The notes below the pieces were generated by a model that was not told the DNA's origin, made no database searches, and worked only from the letters and a program-made list of their open reading frames with translations. A DNA stretch of 64,000 nt from an uncultured delta proteobacterium (GTDB taxonomy: Bacteria > Desulfobacterota > Binatia > UBA9968): assembly GCA_963745835.1 (NCBI GenBank), contig CAVUZH010000008.1, positions 142,040-206,039 of the forward strand. The letters run 5' to 3'. A program made the position numbers and the translations under genes. This document shows positions 39,035-49,344 of the stretch, one piece after another. The stretch's first letter is position 1. Each line of letters begins with the position of its first letter.

Positions 39035-40645
39035 TTACGGCGCCAACCATACGTCCCTAAGATCCTGATTGACATAATGGCTCGGACCGATTTTCCACCC
39101 CTTGAGCCGGCTGCTATGTGGCACGATCCGCTGCCACCATAGAAGCGGAAACTGATAGGCCTGGTCGGCGATTGCGTGTCTTTCCATCTGGCGTAGCAAC
39201 GGCAGCCGGTCTTTCAGATCCAGCATCCGGCTCTGCCTTTCATAAAGCTCGTCAAGCGTAGCATCCTTAAAACGCGAGTAATTGATCGGGCTCTTCTCGG
39301 TGCTCACATACTTCAGCAAGTAAAGATCGGGTTCGTCCATGAAGTCACAGGCGAAATCCACGCCGGCATCGAAGTTTCCTTGGCGCAGATCATTAAAGTA
39401 GGGGCCGCCCTCCTGCGGCGAGTGGGTCACGTTGAGGCCGATTTTCCGCCATTGATCGACGAGAAACACACCGCTCACTTCGTAGGGCTCCTTGACATTG
39501 CGGTTCTTTAATACAAACGAGAATCCTTCCGGCACTGCCGCTTCCTTCAGCAGCCGCCGCGCTTCTTTGCGCGATGTCTCGATGTCCTTACCGAATCCGG
39601 CAAGCTTCGTCAGTTCGGCCGGCGGTGTCGCGAATTCTGAGCCCGGACGAAAGACGCCGCCTACATACTTCATCACCGAGATTTGGGACAACGCCTTCGA
39701 CGCCTCGTTGCGATCGATGGCGAGGTTTAACGCCCGTCTGACACGCACATCGTTGAACGGCTTTTTCTCGTTGTTAAGAGCAACTAAGATATTGCAGGCC
39801 CAGGGGCTCTCCTGCACGAGCGCCTTGTTTCCCAGAGCTTTCACAATGTCATCCCGGGCGGCCGGATTGAACCCACGGAATTCAGCGAGCACTTGACCGC
39901 TTCTTACCGCCGCCACACGAGGAGCGGTATCCCGGATGAAGACGGCTCGGAATCCATCTAGGTAGGGCCGGCCGGCCATAAAGTAATTCGGATTTCGTTT
40001 GCCTGTCCAATGAGAACCTGCGACGTGCTCGCCGAAGATAAACGGCCCCGAGCCCAGAATGTTTTTCTCGTACCAGCGCGGGTCTTTTTTGAGTCGCTCC
40101 GCGCTATAAATGAAATTCCAAGGGGACGCTAGATTTGCCAAAAAAGACGCCGCGATGTGCTTGAGGCGAAAAACCACGGTCGCATCATCCGGCGCTTCGA
40201 TCTTATCGACCATAGCAAAGGAAGCTTTGCGAGCGCTGGCAACTCCTTCGGGAGGAAAGATGATCTTGTCATAACTGGCCTTGACGTCGCGCGCCGTCAG
40301 TGGACTCCCATCGTGAAATTTGATGTTTTTGCGGAGGGTGAACGTGGCCGTCAAGCCGTCTTTCGAGAACGACCAGCGCTCGGCAACATCGCCAACGATT
40401 TTTGGGTAGTTCTGCGGATCGAAGCGGAGCAGCGTGCTGTAATGCGGCGCTACCGGATGTAACATGCCGAAAGTTGTTTCACGATGCCCGTCGAACGACG
40501 GTGGAAGTTCGCCGACGGCAAACACAAGCTCCCCTCCAGAGCGCGGCTGTTGCGCGGAGGGACTCTCGGCCGCTTGGCCTAACGCCGGCCATCCGAATAA
40601 AGTTACAGCAATCACTAACAAGATTCGTCGCTTGATTTTAATCAT
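39035..40645 (-). CDS. Peptide/nickel ABC transporter substrate-binding protein (family 5)
   Basis: Signal peptide, TFTLRKNIKFHDG, GSGPF, PFNDVRVRRAL. Confidence 0.92.
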   Translation of the reverse strand: MIKIKRRILLVIAVTLFGWPALGQAAESPSAQQPRSGGELVFAVGELPPSFDGHRETTFGMLHPVAPHYSTLLRFDPQNYPKIVGDVAERWSFSKDGLTATFTLRKNIKFHDGSPLTARDVKASYDKIIFPPEGVASARKASFAMVDKIEAPDDATVVFRLKHIAASFLANLASPWNFIYSAERLKKDPRWYEKNILGSGPFIFGEHVAGSHWTGKRNPNYFMAGRPYLDGFRAVFIRDTAPRVAAVRSGQVLAEFRGFNPAARDDIVKALGNKALVQESPWACNILVALNNEKKPFNDVRVRRALNLAIDRNEASKALSQISVMKYVGGVFRPGSEFATPPAELTKLAGFGKDIETSRKEARRLLKEAAVPEGFSFVLKNRNVKEPYEVSGVFLVDQWRKIGLNVTHSPQEGGPYFNDLRQGNFDAGVDFACDFMDEPDLYLLKYVSTEKSPINYSRFKDATLDELYERQSRMLDLKDRLPLLRQMERHAIADQAYQFPLLWWQRIVPHSSRLKGWKIGPSHYVNQDLRDVWLAP

Positions 40646-40891
40646 AAACTCCTCCCTTCAGGGGATGGACTATCCATCGCTTTTAACGTCGTTAGGGTAT
40701 GAGCACATAGCTGGGCGAAAATAGGTGATTCGACTTCGTGATGTCAAGCTGCTAGAGAGTTGCGGCCGTGGCAAGCGAAAGTTTTTGATTGCGCTCCTAA
40801 TCAGTTGGTGGCGAAAACGGTGCGGCAGTACTGTGATCCATTGTCTCCAGGAATAATTTAGGACAAAATAGTTCTTTATCGCGCAACCGGA

Positions 40892-41854
40892 ATGTCCCCG
40901 ACGACATCTAAGGCAATCCTACTGAAGGAAGATTTCACCATAGAGAGACGACAAAAACTTGCGCCACCCAAACCGCTCAGCGGCAAGGAAAGGCGCCTGC
41001 TCAATCCGAATCACGGGCTAGTCAAGCTTTTTGAGCGCAATATGGACCGGCTCATATCGCGTTTCCTGTCCCCTCATCTGTCCGCCATTTGGAATCCCTA
41101 TGCCTGGGTCATCGAGCGTCGTTTCCGAGTAGCGGAGACGACCCTGTCGCCTGCCGGCTGGCCGCCAGGGCTTCCCCCTCTGCGCGTGCTACTGCTATCG
41201 GACATCCACTGCGGCATATTTCTTAAACCCCAGATCTTGGCCGAAGTCGTCAGCTTCCTGATGCAGCTCGCACCTGATCTGGTGGTGGTGACAGGTGATA
41301 TCGTCACCGGCCATTCACGTGAAGTGCGGCCATTTCTCGACGCTCTCGCGCCCCTATCGCGCGCTCCGCGAGGGGCTTGGTTCTGCTTTGGCAATCACGA
41401 CTATTTTGGCGGCGATCCAGAAGAGATTCGCAAAGCTCTGCAGGGCGTCGGTATCGCTACCCTCAACAACCAATCAGTGACCGTAGCTCATGGCACGGGA
41501 AACTTTGTGCTTGGCGGGATCGATGATCTCATCCTCGGCAAGCCGGATTGGGCGCGCCTGATGTCCGAACTCGGCGCACCGCATCTCCTATTAGCCCATA
41601 ACCCCGATCACTTTTATGATGCCGCGGGTCATGGAGTAACGCTCGTCGTTTCCGGGCACACGCATGGTGGGCAGATTCGCTTTCCTCATGGGCCGCCCAT
41701 CATCAGGCAAAGCCGGTTCTGCCTGGACGAAGGAGTTTATTCTTTTCAATCGTCACTGCTGGTAGTCACACGTGGTCTCGGCAGCATTTTGCTGCCGTGG
41801 CGCTGGGGCGCCGACCCCGAGGCGGTCATGATCGAGATCGTTTCCGCAAAGTAG
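40892..41854 (+). CDS. Metallophosphoesterase (YkuE-like)
   Basis: SDIH, TGDIV, GNHD, AHNP, SGHTHGGQ. Confidence 0.9.
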   Translation: MSPTTSKAILLKEDFTIERRQKLAPPKPLSGKERRLLNPNHGLVKLFERNMDRLISRFLSPHLSAIWNPYAWVIERRFRVAETTLSPAGWPPGLPPLRVLLLSDIHCGIFLKPQILAEVVSFLMQLAPDLVVVTGDIVTGHSREVRPFLDALAPLSRAPRGAWFCFGNHDYFGGDPEEIRKALQGVGIATLNNQSVTVAHGTGNFVLGGIDDLILGKPDWARLMSELGAPHLLLAHNPDHFYDAAGHGVTLVVSGHTHGGQIRFPHGPPIIRQSRFCLDEGVYSFQSSLLVVTRGLGSILLPWRWGADPEAVMIEIVSAK

Positions 41855-41855
41855 T

Positions 41856-42214
41856 CTCGAGTCATCCATTATCAACGCGGCCCAGGATGCGACGATGTTC
41901 GCGCGCTGCCGATAAAGAGAAGTGGCCACCCCTACCGAGCTCCAGCCAGCGGCAATAATAAACGTGGTATTCAGAGCCGCTACAAACCCAGAGGGATTTG
42001 CCGTCGTGAGAGCGGTTCCGGCGATCCCGGTATGATGTTCAAAGGCTACCGACATCAGCAAACTGCTCAACGCGATTCCCAAAACATTCCCGAAACCAAA
42101 AGTAACGTGATTCACCGCCGATGCGAAACCGCGATGCTCGGCCGGCATCATCGCGATCATTGCCATAGAATTGGCCGGATTGAAAATTCCGTTGGTGATG
42201 GCGTTCGAATCCAT
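41856..42214 (-). pseudogene. C-terminal remnant of a DHA2-type MFS transporter
   Basis: GIFNPANSMAMI..PAEHRGFASA...GNVLGIA and final TM helices; N-terminal part absent. Confidence 0.55.
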
Positions 42215-42433
42215 AGCTCGGAAAACTGCGCCCCGGCAAGTAGAAGGGAGCGGCGCCATGGTTTGCGACTTGTTAATGTTCTAGTGGTTTTCGAACCTGT
42301 AGATCTTGTTGTCGCGCTCTCCGGCGGGCATCAAAAATCGCAGCATGAAGTAGCAATTAGAGATCGGTTCGCAAGTTCATTCCGTGCGCAAAATAATGTC
42401 GAAAAAGCTTTTACTGTGCTTAGACCAACTCGC

Positions 42434-43510
42434 TCACTGAACCAAAATTTTCTTCATCTTGGCTAATATCGCGGGCGGGGCTTTGAGAATGCTCTGAACG
42501 ACTTCGGTCACACGTTCGCCGCTGCTTGGCGAAAATTCAATCTTGCTTTTCTTGGCGTCCGAGATAAATTCCGGATCTGCAAAAGTTGCTGAGAATCCCT
42601 TGCGCAGGGCTTCAACCCGGTCTCTGGGAACCTCGGGATGAACTACGTACGGGTTGGTGATCTCCGAAGGGGCATGCATCGCGCGCAGCAGTAACTTCGC
42701 TTCCTCCGTCTTAGCTAATGTCTCAACGGCGGGAACTCCCTTCATAAGCGGATGATCCGGAGTTTTATCGCCCATGATCAGAAGCGGCTTTAGTGTGCCG
42801 CTCTGGATTAATTGAAGGTGCCTGCCGGTGGTTAACATCGCCAGCCAACTTGCGCAATAACCATCCACTTCCTTGGACTCGGTGGCGTTGACGATGCTGG
42901 CAACTCCTTCGAATCCCCGCACCAGCTTCATCTGTGTTCCAAAAGCCGCATTGATAATCGCCGGTGTGTCGTAGATCGTGCTGCCCGGCGCCATGGTGCC
43001 CATGGTAAAAGGCTTGCCGGCTGTGACATCGTCAAACGACGACACCGCGGAATCGGTGCGTCCGACACATGCGATCGCAGTATTCACCGCGCTGCCGATC
43101 CATTGGTACCTTGCCGAATCAAACTCAATACCCGGCGCGCCAATCGCCTGCCGCAAAGGAAATGTTTCGCCGAACGAGCCGATCACAGTGCCGTCCTTCG
43201 GCTCAGCATTGTAAACCGCGTTTGCGGCGATTAGGCCGCCGGCGCCCGCCCTGGGCTGAACCAACAGAGTAGGATTGCCGGGAATAAATCGCGACATGTG
43301 ACGCGAGATTAGCCGCGAGTAGATATCGTAGGTCCCCCCAGGGCCCGAGCCGATCACGATTCTGATGGTTTTTCCTCGATAGAAATCTGCCACGGCTTTC
43401 TCATCGAAAGCCGGGCTGTTGCTCTTGACCGGCTGAGCTTGTGCCTGATCGCCAAACGGAGGGAGCATCAGCATGAGTATCATCAAAGTGCTGAGTCGAA
43501 GGTGGTTCAT
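42434..43510 (-). CDS. Tripartite tricarboxylate transporter substrate-binding protein (Bug/TctC-like)
   Basis: FYRGKTIRIVI, PGGTYDIYSR, IPGNP, GAGGLIAAN, PKDGTVIG. Confidence 0.88.
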   Translation of the reverse strand: MNHLRLSTLMILMLMLPPFGDQAQAQPVKSNSPAFDEKAVADFYRGKTIRIVIGSGPGGTYDIYSRLISRHMSRFIPGNPTLLVQPRAGAGGLIAANAVYNAEPKDGTVIGSFGETFPLRQAIGAPGIEFDSARYQWIGSAVNTAIACVGRTDSAVSSFDDVTAGKPFTMGTMAPGSTIYDTPAIINAAFGTQMKLVRGFEGVASIVNATESKEVDGYCASWLAMLTTGRHLQLIQSGTLKPLLIMGDKTPDHPLMKGVPAVETLAKTEEAKLLLRAMHAPSEITNPYVVHPEVPRDRVEALRKGFSATFADPEFISDAKKSKIEFSPSSGERVTEVVQSILKAPPAILAKMKKILVQ

Positions 43511-43998
43511 AGATATCCTCGCATCTGAATAGACTAGTGGTCTGGGCTGCGTCTCGAGAATCGCGTCGGTAAACTTTTCTCAATCTATCGATTCAATTTT
43601 ATAGAACGCAATCGGTGAGAAAGCCCGACTCGTCCATCATATGAACGAAGGTGTTCCGATAACATCCTCACTCTGTGCCTTGGCTAGTTTCGAAATTTAG
43701 TACTCATAAAACGGCCCGACGACGAATAGGAATCGGCCTAGTGCATGAAGGACCGTCATCAAGACTTCGCCGCTCATACGTCAAATCCAACTCAGAAAAC
43801 AAACCGGTTGTAGAGCGCTTGCAGAATATTTAGGAACATATCATCCGTCAAGGTAAATCAACTCGCCGCACTCGACCAGGGAGTTTAGCGGATTGGCCGG
43901 ACCAACACCGGACGTATGTCGTTGCGGTGCCTCTTGTGATTATATTACGTGCAATCAGAACCGTTTTATGTGTTGATAGCGCAGAAAGGAGAAGGAGC

Positions 43999-44830
43999 AT
44001 GTTGAAACCGATCGGGCTAGTGGCGGGCCATTATGAATGCCGCTCACTGCAACAAACCTTGCCTATTCTGCAAGACCTTCTGGCTCTTGAAGTGGTCGCG
44101 CGAAATGATGGTGAGATCATTCTCAAGCATCCCAATACCGACTGGAAGCTGATCGCACACGAGTCAGATGCCGATGGTCCGGATAAGCCCTTTCAACATC
44201 ACTACGGCGTGCGTGTCGCGACCCACCGTGAGATCGATGAGGCGCACGAATACCTGCAAAGCAAGAAGAGAGAATACAAGATCAAAATCATCCAACCTAA
44301 AGAAAACCATAACGCGTACTCGGTCCATTTTTTTGAACCCGGAGGAAATTTCTGGGAGATCGAATCTTACGAAAAAGCCGATGAAGCCGGTATGGGTACC
44401 ACGCGCCCTCACTGGCGAACTCCAATCAGCCAAGAGAAGTTTCCAGGCACGGGTACATTCCTCAGGCGCTGACGCACGGCACGGTCCAGTTTCACGACAT
44501 AGAAGCCACCCGCCGTTTTTATGAGAACGTTCTCGGGTTGGAGGTTGTCCAACTGTGGCCTCCTCCATCTATGTGAAACATCCGCAAAGTCCCTGGTACA
44601 TTGTCAATCTGCCTTTTCGCGCCGAACCGATTCTGCCCACTCGAGCGCAACGTTTTGTTCTTGCGCTTGAATCAGCGTCCGAAGTCCAAGAGGCGCACCA
44701 CTGGCTTTCAAGTTCCGCCCAGACGCTGGGACTTAGCACATTAGACCCGATTCAAAGTTCGAATGATGTTGCTTGGTTCATTTTCTCGGACCTGAATCGC
44801 AATTGGTGGGAAGTTACCAGCGCACGCTGA
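43999..44830 (+). CDS. Two-domain VOC family protein, frameshifted near 44450 and 44560
   Basis: AGHYEC, HHYGVRV, EPGGNFWEIE; second domain ALTHGT...FYENVLGLE...SDLNRNWWEV spread across shifted frames. Confidence 0.7.
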
Positions 44831-44971
44831 CGGGCCAAGTTCGTCATCGGCGTCAGAGGATTCCGAGTGGATGGCGTGGAACAAGTCTATCTCTGGTGTT
44901 TAACCAATTCGACTTGATCCCTGGCTGAGCACATTCTGCTGCCCGGTTGGAGCAAACACGAGGAAGAAAGA

Positions 44972-45303
44972 ATGTCTGAATTCAAGAGGCGATCGCGAAC
45001 TCGGAACTCGATGAAGGTTCGATCCTGGCCGTCAGAATCAACGGCGAGCGCATTGCGCTTTACAAAATTGCCGGCGAAGTTTATGGCACCAGCGAGATGT
45101 GCTCGCATAGCGACTGCTCACTCGAAGATTTCGGCAAGATAGTCGAACACGATCAGGTGGAATGTATCTGTCACGGCGCAAGGTTCCGCATCAAAACCGG
45201 GGAAGTGACAAGGTTACCGGCTGAGGTTCCACTCAAAACCTATTCAGTAAGGATCGATAATGACGAGGTATGGGTCCGAGTGCCGGATCAGGCCAAGACA
45301 TGA
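44972..45303 (+). CDS. Rieske [2Fe-2S] ferredoxin, frameshift near 44988
   Basis: CSH...CICHGARF Rieske motif; the frame extends upstream (ELDEGSILAVRINGERIALY) almost to ATG 44972. Confidence 0.8.
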
Positions 45304-46164
45304 TGAGGACGGCAAGCGTTTTTCCCTTTTGCAGCACAACTTGCTGATTGGAACAGCAAGTACGTTTGATCGTTAATTCGTTACTCTTGCGATCGTTGTC
45401 TTCTAACTGCCTTCCCCTCCCGCCATTCGGGCCCAAAGCCGCGTTAACATCGACAGGAACTCCTCAAAGCTATTATGGGCCCCCGACTGAAGTCGTGAGT
45501 TCCATCGTTCGGTCTCCTAAGCACGAGAAGGCTTAAAGCAGCTACGGCTGGTGTCGAACAACTACAAATTAGATTCGCGTGAACCGAGAATTTCCTGAAG
45601 TGCCAAAGAAGACTTGTATCCTACAAGTCACCTTCTGCAAAAATTTTGTTTGAAATGAACTACGCCAGAGCTGGAGGAGAAGCCCTTCGACCTCCACCCG
45701 TAAATCGCGCGCCGAGCCTCGTCGCAAAATTCTAGATGAAAAGATCTCCATAGGTAGGAATGCGCAGTGCACTACCTAAATCGCTCTACGATGGCTTTCT
45801 GGCACCTTGCTTGCGTCCCACGCCTAACCGACATTGCACACTGAGTGCTCTGAGATGGAAATCCAAACCGCATGATCCATACAGCGGCTCCAATATCGGC
45901 ATCAGAAGACGCCAACCAAAATTGATTCTGATACGCTCTAGCTCCACAGAGTTCAGTTTCGCAACGTGTCATTGACCACCGTATTCTGAATGATGATTCG
46001 AATACGGCAATTCATTATCGCCGAACAACTTAAGTAAGAAACAACTCTGCTCACCAGCGCAGGACTGCGGCACTCTCACGTCTACTTCATGCCCGTGGAA
46101 TTTCGTTGGCTTCCATCACAGTCGTAATTTCTGCCTGCGGAGCAGCAACACCTCAGGAGGAGCT

Positions 46165-46599
46165 ATGACTAACAGAAATACGCATCCAACGGGTATCCTA
46201 GGCGTAAGACAATCCTCCATTGCGGATAGCACCTCAAGTGAAAGGACATCTGCTGGCAAAATCAGGTCGATACTTATGTCGTTGTTATTATCTCCCACGC
46301 TGGCTTTTGGTTACCCGTTTCAGCTCAATTGGACCGACATGAACGCGGACGAGGACGGCACGATAATTTATCGGGAGATATCTGGTGTTTTTCATGAAGT
46401 CGGCTTCGTCGGTCGCAACGTAACGAGTTTTACCGATGACCCGCCGGGAGCCGGCGGTGATACATTTTGCTGGATCGTACGGGCGTTTCGTGAAGGTGAC
46501 ATCTCCGGCTCGTCCAATGAAACCTGCGCGAGCGTGCCAACAACATCGTCAAATCCACGACCTTCAAAGCCAGGACAGCGCGAAGGCCAAAGAAGATGA
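46165..46599 (+). CDS. Small exported protein with one fibronectin type III-like domain
   Basis: LNWTD..ADEDGTIIYR...VTSFTD...FCWIVRAF...SGSSNE pattern; RBS AGGAGG. Confidence 0.6.
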   Translation: MTNRNTHPTGILGVRQSSIADSTSSERTSAGKIRSILMSLLLSPTLAFGYPFQLNWTDMNADEDGTIIYREISGVFHEVGFVGRNVTSFTDDPPGAGGDTFCWIVRAFREGDISGSSNETCASVPTTSSNPRPSKPGQREGQRR

Positions 46600-46844
46600 C
46601 ACTGCCGGTCTATAGCTTAACTCGGGTGAAGTAACGCCGAACGGCAGTCACCCGAGCGCGCCGCGGTCGAAATTCTAATGGACCCACCGCATTAGTGGGA
46701 TTGAGTAGATTATAGATGATGATTGGCGGTGACACTTGCCGCAGCATCAGCACCATAATTACTAACGCGGCTGATCGCATTCCTGTGAACTCGGATTGTT
46801 CCTAAGGCAAGAGCAGCGACTCTAGCCAGCTGATTCAATCCTCG

Positions 46845-47534
46845 CTAGAAAACCATACCGTTATTCATGCGCAAAACCCGCGTGGCGCAGGAGCTGGCGA
46901 ACTCCTCATCATGGGTCGCGATAACCAAGGTGCGTCCTTCACCTACCAATCCCTGAAGCAACTCTCGCAACTCACTGCGGCGCGCGCCATCCAACGATGC
47001 GGTCGGCTCATCCATCAGCAGCAGCGGCGGATCTACAGCCAGAGCGCGCGCGATCGCAACGCGCTGCGCCTCGCCACCCGAAAGTTCGCCCGGCAGCGCG
47101 TTGGCGCGATGTTCGACGCCGAGCAGCCTGAGTAGCTCCTGTGCGCGGCGAGCGGCTTCGCGGAAAGGCACACCATGCGCGTGTACCGGAGCGAGCCAGA
47201 CGTTTTTAGCCGCCGGCATATGCTCGAACAGATGGTGAAACTGAAACACCATGCCGATTCTACGACGCAGGAGACGCAGAGTATTCGCCGAATTGCCGCT
47301 GTTGCCGACTATCGTAAGATCTTCAACCTGGACGATTCCTGATTGAAACGGCTCTAACCCGGCGATTAATCTGAGTACCGTAGTCTTGCCGGAACCTGAA
47401 GGCCCCATTAGGGCGACGATTTCCCCGCGCGGCACACCGAACGTGATACCGTCCAGCACTTCGCGTTCGCCGCGACGAAGGTGCACGTCATTGAGCTGCA
47501 GCACGTGCGCGGTCATGCCGTCCGCCGCCGCCAT
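46845..47534 (-). CDS. Polar amino acid ABC transporter ATP-binding protein
   Basis: GPSGSGKT, GMVFQ, LSGGEAQR, LMDEPT. Confidence 0.9.
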   Translation of the reverse strand: MAAADGMTAHVLQLNDVHLRRGEREVLDGITFGVPRGEIVALMGPSGSGKTTVLRLIAGLEPFQSGIVQVEDLTIVGNSGNSANTLRLLRRRIGMVFQFHHLFEHMPAAKNVWLAPVHAHGVPFREAARRAQELLRLLGVEHRANALPGELSGGEAQRVAIARALAVDPPLLLMDEPTASLDGARRSELRELLQGLVGEGRTLVIATHDEEFASSCATRVLRMNNGMVF

Positions 47535-49057
47535 CGTTGCTCAAGACGGCGCGCCAATGCCGCCAGCGGTAACGACATCGCCATATAAAGCGCGGCGCAC
47601 AACGCCCCGGGAACAACCCAGCTGCCGATGTTGGTCGCGAAAATTTGCGTTTGTTTGGTCAGCTCGAGAACGGTAAGCACCGAGACCAGCGAAGAATCTT
47701 TAAGCAGGGCAACGAAATCATTGGTCATCGGCGCCAGCGCTAAACGAAACGCCTGCGGTCCGCGCACCAATGTTAGAACCTGAAGCTCATTGAAGCCGAG
47801 TATCCGTGCAGCCTCGAGTTGACCGCCCGGTACGGCCTCGAGCGCGCCGCGGTAGATTTCACTTTCGTATGCGGCATAGTTGAGTCCGAGTCCAAGAAGC
47901 GCAGCGACGAAGGCGGGTAGCCGAATGAGTTCGACGATACCGTAGTACAAGATGAAAAGCTGAAGAAGGATCGGCGTTCCGCGGATGATTTCTACATAAG
48001 CGGTTAAAAGCGAGCGGGCGATCTTGCCGCCGTAGACGCGTCCACTGGCGATCGACACGCCGATGATGATGGCCAGCACCATCGACAAACATGAAAGCAC
48101 CATCGTAATTGCGGCGGCGCGAAAAAGCGCGGGCAGGTAGGCCTGCACCGTCCGCCATTTGGAAACGGTCACTTCGCCGCCGGACAAATCGAAGCCAAGC
48201 ACCGCCGGCAGTGGATTGCCTGCGAGCACCTCGGCGAACAAGGCCGGTTGATCCTCGTTCCACACCCGCCATTTACGAAAAATCCGTTCTAGAGTGCCGT
48301 CGCGCATTGCGTTGCGTAGAATTTCGTTGACCGATTCGCGCAGTGCAGCGTTCCGGGCTGCGAGGATCCCGACGTAGTGGGCGGTCGCAACGCTTTCCGG
48401 CTGGATAGTGAACCCCGAAATCGTACGACGGCGCCGCTCGGCGAGAACATTATCGAGCAGCACGGCATCCACACGTCCGATGATCAGATCCGTATAGGGA
48501 TGCACATCGTCATCATAGGAAACGACTTTGATGCCGAAATCGCGCTCGGCGCGGAGAAGAATCTCATAGGCGATGGTACCTCCGAGCGTGCCGATCCGTC
48601 GTCCGCGCAAATCGGCGAGGGTGCGAAAGCGTGAAGCGTCCGTGTCACGTACGCTCAACACCTCACGAAATCTATAATACGGCACCGTCGGCGCCATCGT
48701 AGCGCGGCGCGCTGGCGTGTCTTCGATCCCTCCCAAACCGATCTCGGCATCGTCGCGCTCGATAGACTGATCGATTGATGTAAACGCGACATTAAGGAAA
48801 GTGGCTGAGCGGTTAAGCCCCTGCGCGATGATCTCGGCGATCTCGACATCGAACCCCACCACTCGATCAGGACGCGCCGGATCCGCTTCGACAAACGGCG
48901 CGCCACCCTCGGGGTCGGCGGCCCAGCGAAATTCTCGATCCGCCGAGGCCGCAATAGCCAATGAGATTGGCGCAAACATAAAGAAGCTCACAAACAAAAC
49001 CAGCCCTGCCAACTCCCAACGGCAATTTTGCCGCTTATCTACTCTGCGCCTAAGCAT
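47513..49057 (-). CDS. Polar amino acid ABC transporter, fused substrate-binding and permease protein
   Basis: GFDVEIA and GRVDAVLLD (family 3 SBP) plus RGTPILLQL, AAYESEIYRG, LLKDSSL (permease); start uncertain. Confidence 0.88.
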   Translation of the reverse strand: MLRRRVDKRQNCRWELAGLVLFVSFFMFAPISLAIAASADREFRWAADPEGGAPFVEADPARPDRVVGFDVEIAEIIAQGLNRSATFLNVAFTSIDQSIERDDAEIGLGGIEDTPARRATMAPTVPYYRFREVLSVRDTDASRFRTLADLRGRRIGTLGGTIAYEILLRAERDFGIKVVSYDDDVHPYTDLIIGRVDAVLLDNVLAERRRRTISGFTIQPESVATAHYVGILAARNAALRESVNEILRNAMRDGTLERIFRKWRVWNEDQPALFAEVLAGNPLPAVLGFDLSGGEVTVSKWRTVQAYLPALFRAAAITMVLSCLSMVLAIIIGVSIASGRVYGGKIARSLLTAYVEIIRGTPILLQLFILYYGIVELIRLPAFVAALLGLGLNYAAYESEIYRGALEAVPGGQLEAARILGFNELQVLTLVRGPQAFRLALAPMTNDFVALLKDSSLVSVLTVLELTKQTQIFATNIGSWVVPGALCAALYMAMSLPLAALARRLEQRWRRRTA

Positions 49058-49344
49058 TACTAGTGAATTGCAGTCCGAGTTGCTGTGTCGACAGCTAAAG
49101 GTATTTCCGGCAACTTACACCAAGAATGGTCGAGAATATTAAACGAGAAAGGGCCAGCAATTTTTGTTTTTGCAACGGAGACTAACCGACGAGCTGCTTT
49201 CATGTCAATCGGGGAGCATCAATGAACTCTCTTACTGTCGGTAAGTGATTAAGTTAATATACCTACGCGATTGGTGATCCTTTCATCTCATGGGAAATAC
49301 TCAAGGTAGCGCGCCCGTGCAAGAATCGGAGATACGACAGAATA

